In this document: positions 58,369-64,000 of the stretch, one piece after another
Layout of the letters: every line of letters begins with the position of its first letter
How positions within the stretch are numbered: the first letter of the stretch is position 1
DNA from: an uncultured Gammaproteobacteria bacterium
GTDB lineage: Bacteria > Patescibacteriota > Microgenomatia > UBA12405
Reading direction: 5' to 3'
Assembly: GCA_964503465.1 (NCBI GenBank)
Contig: CAZCYZ010000001.1
Location: 298,306 to 362,305, forward strand
Length of the DNA: 64,000 nt
Notes under the pieces: generated by a model
The model's input: only the letters and a program-made list of their open reading frames with translations
What the model was told of the DNA's origin: nothing
The model's database searches: none
Position numbers and translations under genes: made by a program

Positions 58369-59374
58369 TATCATTATCCCCACCCTCAATGCTGGTAGGG
58401 TCCTAATACCATGTCTCAAATCGATCGTCAAACAGAATTATCCACATACTGAGATCATTATTGCCGATGGTGGTTCAACCGACAATACCATTGCTATTGC
58501 CAACAAATTTAAAACCAAAATTGTTACCAATCAACTCAAGACCGCCGAAGCTGGTAAGGCCATCGGGCTCAAATATGCCAAAGGTCAATATATCGCCTTC
58601 ATCGATTCGGACAACATCCTCCCATATACGAACTGGCTGTCAACTATGCTAATTCCATTTAAAGACTCCGATATCGTCTGTACCGAACCAATCCGCTTTA
58701 CCTATCGTCGCAACGGGGGATTTATCGAGCGCTACGGTGCTCTTCTTGGGGCCAATGATCCTTATGCATGGTTCACTGGCGTTTATGATCGCTATAGTTA
58801 TCTTACCAACAATTGGACAGGTCTAAAATTAGATCAAATAGACAATCATAAATATATATCTGTCAATTTTAATAATAGTCAAATTCTCCCCACCATTGGT
58901 GCTAATGGGACTATCTTTAGGGCTAGTTTTCTCAAAAAGTACTTTTTCGGTCACTATCTTTTTGATATTGACATTCTTTCTTTGGCTTTACAGAAGAAAA
59001 ATACAGTTAAGGTTGCCAAACTAAAAACTGGCATTATCCATACATATTGTGAGTCATCAATTTCAAAATTCATTCGTAAACAAACCCGTCGTTTAACTGA
59101 CATGTATCAATACCAATCCATTCGCCAATATAACTGGCACCAAAAAAATAACATTTTCTCACTCGTTAAATCTAACTTTCGCTTTGCTCTCTACTCTATT
59201 CTCGTTCTTCCCGCGCTATTCGATTCTGTGCGTGGTTACCTCAAGAAAGCCGACTCGGCTTGGTTTTTCCATCCAATCGCCTGTTTTTTGTCTTTTATCA
59301 TTTATACCAGAGTAACCGTGGCTCATCTTCTTGGTATAAAACAGTATACCAGTAGACAACAATGGCAACAGTAA
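58328..59374 (+). CDS. GT2 glycosyltransferase
   Basis: VSIIIPTLNAGRVLIPCLKSI...IIIADGGSTDNT and FIDSDN. Confidence 0.65.
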   Translation: MPLNSYKNSVTLVSIIIPTLNAGRVLIPCLKSIVKQNYPHTEIIIADGGSTDNTIAIANKFKTKIVTNQLKTAEAGKAIGLKYAKGQYIAFIDSDNILPYTNWLSTMLIPFKDSDIVCTEPIRFTYRRNGGFIERYGALLGANDPYAWFTGVYDRYSYLTNNWTGLKLDQIDNHKYISVNFNNSQILPTIGANGTIFRASFLKKYFFGHYLFDIDILSLALQKKNTVKVAKLKTGIIHTYCESSISKFIRKQTRRLTDMYQYQSIRQYNWHQKNNIFSLVKSNFRFALYSILVLPALFDSVRGYLKKADSAWFFHPIACFLSFIIYTRVTVAHLLGIKQYTSRQQWQQ

Positions 59375-60468
59375 AACCAGGAATCTTAATCTTAAGTCCA
59401 TTTTTCTCTCCCAACATTGGTGGTGTCGAAACTCATCTTGATGATTTGGTTGCGGGTCTTCAAAATTTTTCTGTTTTTGTATTTTCTTACTCTCCAATTA
59501 CTACCCCCAATGTTCGTTATCAAATTTTTGAAAAACGAGGAAACCTCCAAATCGTCCGCCTTCCCCACTTTGGTAAAAATCTCTTCCACCAGCTAGAAAA
59601 ATATTCCATCCTTGACTTTTTATATCTCACACCATACCTTTTAATCTTCTCATTTTTATGGATGCTTTTTAACTCATCCAAAGTTAAGACAATTCATTCT
59701 CATGGTTTTAATGCCGCTTTTATTGGTAATCTCCTGGCCACTTTCTTTCGCAAAAAACATGTTACCTCAACTCATGCTGTTTACGAACACATTCATGGTC
59801 TCAGTTTAAAGTTAGTCGTTGCCACCCTTTCCGCCGTCGACCACATTCTCTGCCTTTCCCAAGCCTCACAAAAACAACTTTTAAGCTGGGGACTAAGTCC
59901 TGCCAAAACAAGCCTTTATCAATATTGGATTAACTTAAATAATTTTGTTCCAGTCACCACTCCACCCAAAAAATTTACTGTTCTTTATGTTGGCCGCTTA
60001 ATCACAAAGAAGGGAATCCGATTAATCCTTCAATCAGCCATCAATATTCGTTCTGCCCAATTTAACTTTATCGGTACTGGACCAGCAGAAGAAACCATTA
60101 GAAGGTTTTCCAAAAAATACAAAAATATTAATTTCACTGGCCCCATCCCCAATTCCTATCTACCTCAGTACTATCAACAAGCATCCATACTCTGCCTTCC
60201 GTCACTTTATCCCGAAGGTTATGGCCGAGTTGTCATGGAAGCGGTTGCGTCTGGACTACCTGTTATCGCCTCCAACACCGCTGGTCTCAAAGAAGCTTTA
60301 AGCTCCAAAGTTGCTATTCTTATCAAGCCAACTGTCAAAAATCTCACTTTGGCTATTAAAAAACTCCAGCATAAACAAACTTATAATCATCTTCGTCGAA
60401 ACTGCCGTCACTATGCCCTTGCAAAGTTTAGCTCCTCAAATATAAAATCGATCACCAGGTTCTATTAA
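59362..60468 (+). CDS. GT4 (GT-B) glycosyltransferase
   Basis: ILSPFFSPNIGGVETHLDDL, and C-terminal EGYGRVVMEAVASGLPVIASNTAGLKEAL. Confidence 0.7.
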   Translation: MATVKPGILILSPFFSPNIGGVETHLDDLVAGLQNFSVFVFSYSPITTPNVRYQIFEKRGNLQIVRLPHFGKNLFHQLEKYSILDFLYLTPYLLIFSFLWMLFNSSKVKTIHSHGFNAAFIGNLLATFFRKKHVTSTHAVYEHIHGLSLKLVVATLSAVDHILCLSQASQKQLLSWGLSPAKTSLYQYWINLNNFVPVTTPPKKFTVLYVGRLITKKGIRLILQSAINIRSAQFNFIGTGPAEETIRRFSKKYKNINFTGPIPNSYLPQYYQQASILCLPSLYPEGYGRVVMEAVASGLPVIASNTAGLKEALSSKVAILIKPTVKNLTLAIKKLQHKQTYNHLRRNCRHYALAKFSSSNIKSITRFY

Positions 60469-62231
60469 TGAAAGTCTTATTCATCCTTCCCTACCACAAT
60501 GCCTCGGCCGCCGTTTTCGAAAACGGTCAATGCCTTGAATATCTTCATGAAGAAAAGTTTACCAATATCAAAAGCCACTGGGGATTTCCCGGGTTGTCAG
60601 TAGACTATCTTGTCAACAAGTATTCCCTAAAATCTACTGACCATGTTGTTTTTTCCGGTAAACAGCTCCTTCTTCATACTCTTCCAAAACCATCCAGTAA
60701 CCTAGCAGAGGACATTGGCACCAATCCCCATCTCCGACAATTAACCAATTACGTTGAATACAAGACTAAAGCCAAAAAACTTTTTTTTACCATCCGCTCA
60801 ATCTTTCTTGACAAAATAATCTCTCCATTAGCCAGAAACCAAATGCGACAATATCTCTTAACAAGATACAATGTACCAACCAATAATACACATTTTTTTG
60901 ACCACCATCTCTGTCACGCCCTTTCTCCAGTTCATTTTTATAATCTTCACTCTCAAACTCACCCAATTTTAATCTTTACTATGGATGGAAGCGGGGACAA
61001 TTATTTCTCAAAAACTTTCATATATTATCCTGCCAACAACAAACTCAAACCAATTGCTAAGTCTCGTTTTGATTCATCTCTCGGACTGCTATATTCTGGT
61101 TTAACCCAATTTTTGGGGATGAAACCTTACGAGCATGAATACAAAGTTATGGGATTAGCTGCTTACCCTAACGATCCAAAATACTACCAAAACATTCTCA
61201 TTCGTCTTCAAAAAGATTTTGGTTATGATCAAAAGTCTCAAACATTTCAATCATCATTCAACACCAACTATTCATTTTATTATTTTAAAGAACATTTTGT
61301 TGGTCAAAGGTTCGATAATCTAGCCGCTGCTCTCCAAACACACCTCGACAACCTTATAACACTATGGATCACCACTACTATTAAAAAATACCACATCCAC
61401 ACCATCGCTTTATCGGGTGGGGTTTTTATGAACGTCAAGGTTAATAAGCTAATTCAAGAGCTCCCCTTAGTCAAAAAGGCTTATTTTATGCCATCTGCAG
61501 GAGATGAAAGTCTTGGTTGGGGAGCGGCATATCAAATTTTTTCTCAAAGAAAAATTAACACCCAGTCCAATTCTACTATGTTTCTTGGGCTTAATTATTC
61601 AAATCAACAAATCCAAGCATTTATTAAAAAAAATAGATTAGATAAAAAATTTGATATAAAGTATTTAAAAAATCCCAGCCAAAAAATTGCCAATTTACTT
61701 AGCCATCATCAAGTTGTTGCCTGGTTTACTGGAGCAGGGGAGTGGGGTGCTCGATCTTTGTGTCATCGGACGATTCTTGCCAATGCCTCTGATTTCAATT
61801 CTTATCACCAGGTCAATGATGCTATCAAAATGCGTGACTTCTGGATGCCTTTTGCCCCGACAATTCTCTTCGATTGGGCACCAAGATATATTAAAAACTG
61901 GCAAAAATTAAAAAACAAAATCAAAGAAAGTTCCAAATATATGATTACTGCATTTGACTCCACCCCATTGGCTCAAAAACACCTAATTGCTGCCATCCAC
62001 TCCAAAGACAAAAGCCTCCGCCCCCAATTGGTCGAAAAATCGGACCACCCAACACTCTATCGACTCCTCAAATATTTCGAAAAATATACCGGTATGGGCG
62101 GGGTGATGAATACATCTCTCAACATCCATGGTTATCCGTTAGTTGGCAACCTCAATCAGGCTATTTTCACCCTCGAGAACTCCCAGCTTAAGTATCTGGT
62201 TCTAGAAAACTATCTTCTTATTAAAAAATGA
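60468..62231 (+). CDS. NodU/CmcH/TobZ-family O-carbamoyltransferase
   Basis: 587 aa. N-terminal MKVLFILPYHNASAAVFENGQ...EEKFTNIKSHWGFP. HHLCHALSPVHF is the family His signature. A C-terminal YrdC/Kae1-like domain. Confidence 0.7.
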   Translation: MKVLFILPYHNASAAVFENGQCLEYLHEEKFTNIKSHWGFPGLSVDYLVNKYSLKSTDHVVFSGKQLLLHTLPKPSSNLAEDIGTNPHLRQLTNYVEYKTKAKKLFFTIRSIFLDKIISPLARNQMRQYLLTRYNVPTNNTHFFDHHLCHALSPVHFYNLHSQTHPILIFTMDGSGDNYFSKTFIYYPANNKLKPIAKSRFDSSLGLLYSGLTQFLGMKPYEHEYKVMGLAAYPNDPKYYQNILIRLQKDFGYDQKSQTFQSSFNTNYSFYYFKEHFVGQRFDNLAAALQTHLDNLITLWITTTIKKYHIHTIALSGGVFMNVKVNKLIQELPLVKKAYFMPSAGDESLGWGAAYQIFSQRKINTQSNSTMFLGLNYSNQQIQAFIKKNRLDKKFDIKYLKNPSQKIANLLSHHQVVAWFTGAGEWGARSLCHRTILANASDFNSYHQVNDAIKMRDFWMPFAPTILFDWAPRYIKNWQKLKNKIKESSKYMITAFDSTPLAQKHLIAAIHSKDKSLRPQLVEKSDHPTLYRLLKYFEKYTGMGGVMNTSLNIHGYPLVGNLNQAIFTLENSQLKYLVLENYLLIKK

Positions 62232-62857
62232 CCAACTATTACCACCGATATTGGCAAAAAAAACTTAAAAGCAAAAGTCAGGGAAGTCCACCTATCTGGA
62301 CCCAAGCAAACTTCAACTATCATTTTGATTTTGCAAAACCATACTTTGGATCAAAAATACTCGACATTGGAGCCGGTGACGGCACCTTCGACAACTATCT
62401 CCAATCAAAAATTAATTCCAATGTCATCTCGCTTGAGCCTACCCTACAGGCTATCAAACAAGGTCAAAAACTCTACCCCAATAACAAGTTTATAAACTCC
62501 TCAGCCGAAAAACTTCCGTTTTCCGCAAACAGCTTCAACACCGCCCTTCTTATTGAAGTTATCGAACACTTAATCGATACCGATATCGCTTTGTCAGAGA
62601 TATATCGAATTTTAAAACCAAAAGGATATCTATTTATCACCACCACTGATTTTAATTTTCTCAAAAAGGTTCTCCTTGCCGCCTTCGCTTGGGACAAATA
62701 TTTTTACCCCAATAATCCCCATATCCGCTTCTTTACTCGTCAAACACTAACAGAAATCTGCTCAACACATCATTTTAAATTAATTAAGTACCAATGGAAC
62801 GGTAGTTATTTTCACCTAATGCCCAAAGGTCAAATGGCTATCTTTCAAAAATGCTAA
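62228..62857 (+). CDS. class I SAM-dependent methyltransferase
   Basis: ILDIGAGDGTF and LKPKGYLFITT. ATGA overlap with the carbamoyltransferase. Confidence 0.6.
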   Translation: MTNYYHRYWQKKLKSKSQGSPPIWTQANFNYHFDFAKPYFGSKILDIGAGDGTFDNYLQSKINSNVISLEPTLQAIKQGQKLYPNNKFINSSAEKLPFSANSFNTALLIEVIEHLIDTDIALSEIYRILKPKGYLFITTTDFNFLKKVLLAAFAWDKYFYPNNPHIRFFTRQTLTEICSTHHFKLIKYQWNGSYFHLMPKGQMAIFQKC

Positions 62858-63972
62858 AACCAAAAACTATTTTTGTTGCCAACAACAATATCGGCATTGG
62901 ACTCTCTGGCGGTGATCGCATATTTCTAGAACTTGCTCGCTATTGGCAACCCAAAACCGATTTAATCATTATCGGTTCTGCCGAAACCAAAAGATTAATC
63001 AAAAGATACCGACTCCCCCCTATCACTTTTCATCAAACCGACACCATCAGCCGTCGTCAACTACTCACCCATCAGCTCCACCGAACTCTTAAGGCTATCA
63101 AATTTGTACTTAAACATCATCATCTCTTTCGAGAAACTCAATACATATATACTGCTTCAGACTTTATTCCTGACTTAATTTTTGGACCTTTAGCCAAGAT
63201 AATCAACCCGAACATTCATTGGATTGCCGGCTACTACCTCATAGTTCCGCCGCCATGGCAAAACAACACCTATCACCCCCTTTATTATTTTTCCCAGCTT
63301 ATTACTCGATCACTCACCAACCTAATGGCCAATACCGTTTATTTAACTTCTACACCCGATCAAAAGTTTTTTTCTCCAAAAAAAAGCATTATCGTTCAAG
63401 GTGGAGTTACCCCAGTCAAAAATACCACTAAACTCAAGTCAAAATATCAGGCAGTCTTCATCGGACGTCTCCACCCCCAGAAAGGAATCCTCGAGCTCGT
63501 CGACATTTGGCGTCTAGTAGTCAACCAAATTCCACTGGCCAAATTGGCTGTTATTGGTAACGGCCCGCTTCTACATCAAATCAAAAGAAAAATAAAAAAA
63601 CTTAAACTCCTATCAAATATCTCTCTTCTTGGCTTCCTCGACGGTCCACCAAAAAATAAAATAATTCGCCAAGCACAAATTGTTCTTCACCCGGCCACTT
63701 ATGACAGTGGTGGCATGGCCGCCGCCGAAGCCATGCTTTTTGGGCTGCCAGGAATCTCCTTTGACCTTCCCGCTCTCCTTACTTACTACCCCCAAGGAAT
63801 GATCAAAACTCCTTGCTTCTGTTATCAAAAGTTTGCCGACAATATTATTAACTTGTTGACCAACCCGGTGCTTTACCAAACAACATCCACTAAAGCAAAA
63901 AACTTAATTCATAAAGATTGGCTTTGGCCACAACGTGCCAACTTAATTTTTCAAAAGACATTCCTGCTATAA
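62851..63972 (+). CDS. GT4 (GT-B) glycosyltransferase
   Basis: VFIGRLHPQKGILELVD, and C-terminal GGMAAAEAMLFGLPGISFDLPAL. Confidence 0.65.
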   Translation: MLKPKTIFVANNNIGIGLSGGDRIFLELARYWQPKTDLIIIGSAETKRLIKRYRLPPITFHQTDTISRRQLLTHQLHRTLKAIKFVLKHHHLFRETQYIYTASDFIPDLIFGPLAKIINPNIHWIAGYYLIVPPPWQNNTYHPLYYFSQLITRSLTNLMANTVYLTSTPDQKFFSPKKSIIVQGGVTPVKNTTKLKSKYQAVFIGRLHPQKGILELVDIWRLVVNQIPLAKLAVIGNGPLLHQIKRKIKKLKLLSNISLLGFLDGPPKNKIIRQAQIVLHPATYDSGGMAAAEAMLFGLPGISFDLPALLTYYPQGMIKTPCFCYQKFADNIINLLTNPVLYQTTSTKAKNLIHKDWLWPQRANLIFQKTFLL

Positions 63973-64000
63973 TCTTTCAAAGTCCACATAACATTCTCTA

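Noticed and set aside
1-64000. CRISPR arrays, tRNA or rRNA genes, transposases, integrases and phage genes
   Set aside because: I scanned the intergenic gaps and the ORF translations. No direct-repeat or spacer periodicity was seen, and no tRNA-like cloverleaf candidates turned up in the few gaps over 80 bp. No transposase or integrase motifs were found. The window appears to be native chromosomal sequence, not a mobile element.

Overview
The window is a gene-dense, moderately AT-rich bacterial stretch, and all the well-supported genes on it are chromosomal. I found no tRNA or rRNA genes, CRISPR arrays, transposases or integrases. Standard genetic code is inferred, because a full-length RF2 gene with the SPF motif is present and reads without a frameshift. 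Several features suggest a small-genome, CPR/Microgenomates-like bacterium: an archaeal-type TyrRS, a LysRS fused to a tRNA-binding domain, a very large expansion of glycosyltransferases, and tightly overlapping genes. This lineage call is inference only. The first roughly 28 kb carries housekeeping genes. The nucleotide-excision-repair genes sit together in an unusual arrangement: a uvrB 3' end, an EEP-family nuclease and uvrA, then three unknown genes, then a short uvrC. After these come a GT2, archaeal-type tyrS, a sortase, greA, lysS, an HD hydrolase, serS with a clear terminator, secA, a DHH phosphoesterase, HIT, typA/bipA, a C39-like peptidase, a cyclophilin lipoprotein, a thioredoxin-like protein, prfB, an LCP protein, a methyltransferase, ftsE-ftsX-M23 peptidase, and a probable sortase-substrate surface protein. 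From about 28.3 kb to the end of the window, and apparently beyond it, everything lies on the + strand as one glycosylation super-cluster of about 35 kb. It holds about 11 GT2 genes, 5 GT4 genes and at least 10 large polytopic GT-C-type membrane proteins, five of them tandem paralogues with a conserved DE motif. The cluster also contains a Wzx-like flippase, a B12-binding radical-SAM protein, a NodU/CmcH-type carbamoyltransferase and a methyltransferase. Many start and stop codons overlap (ATGA or GTGA), which suggests long operons. This island is the most striking system in the window. Family assignments come from recognisable sequence motifs; no database searches were run.
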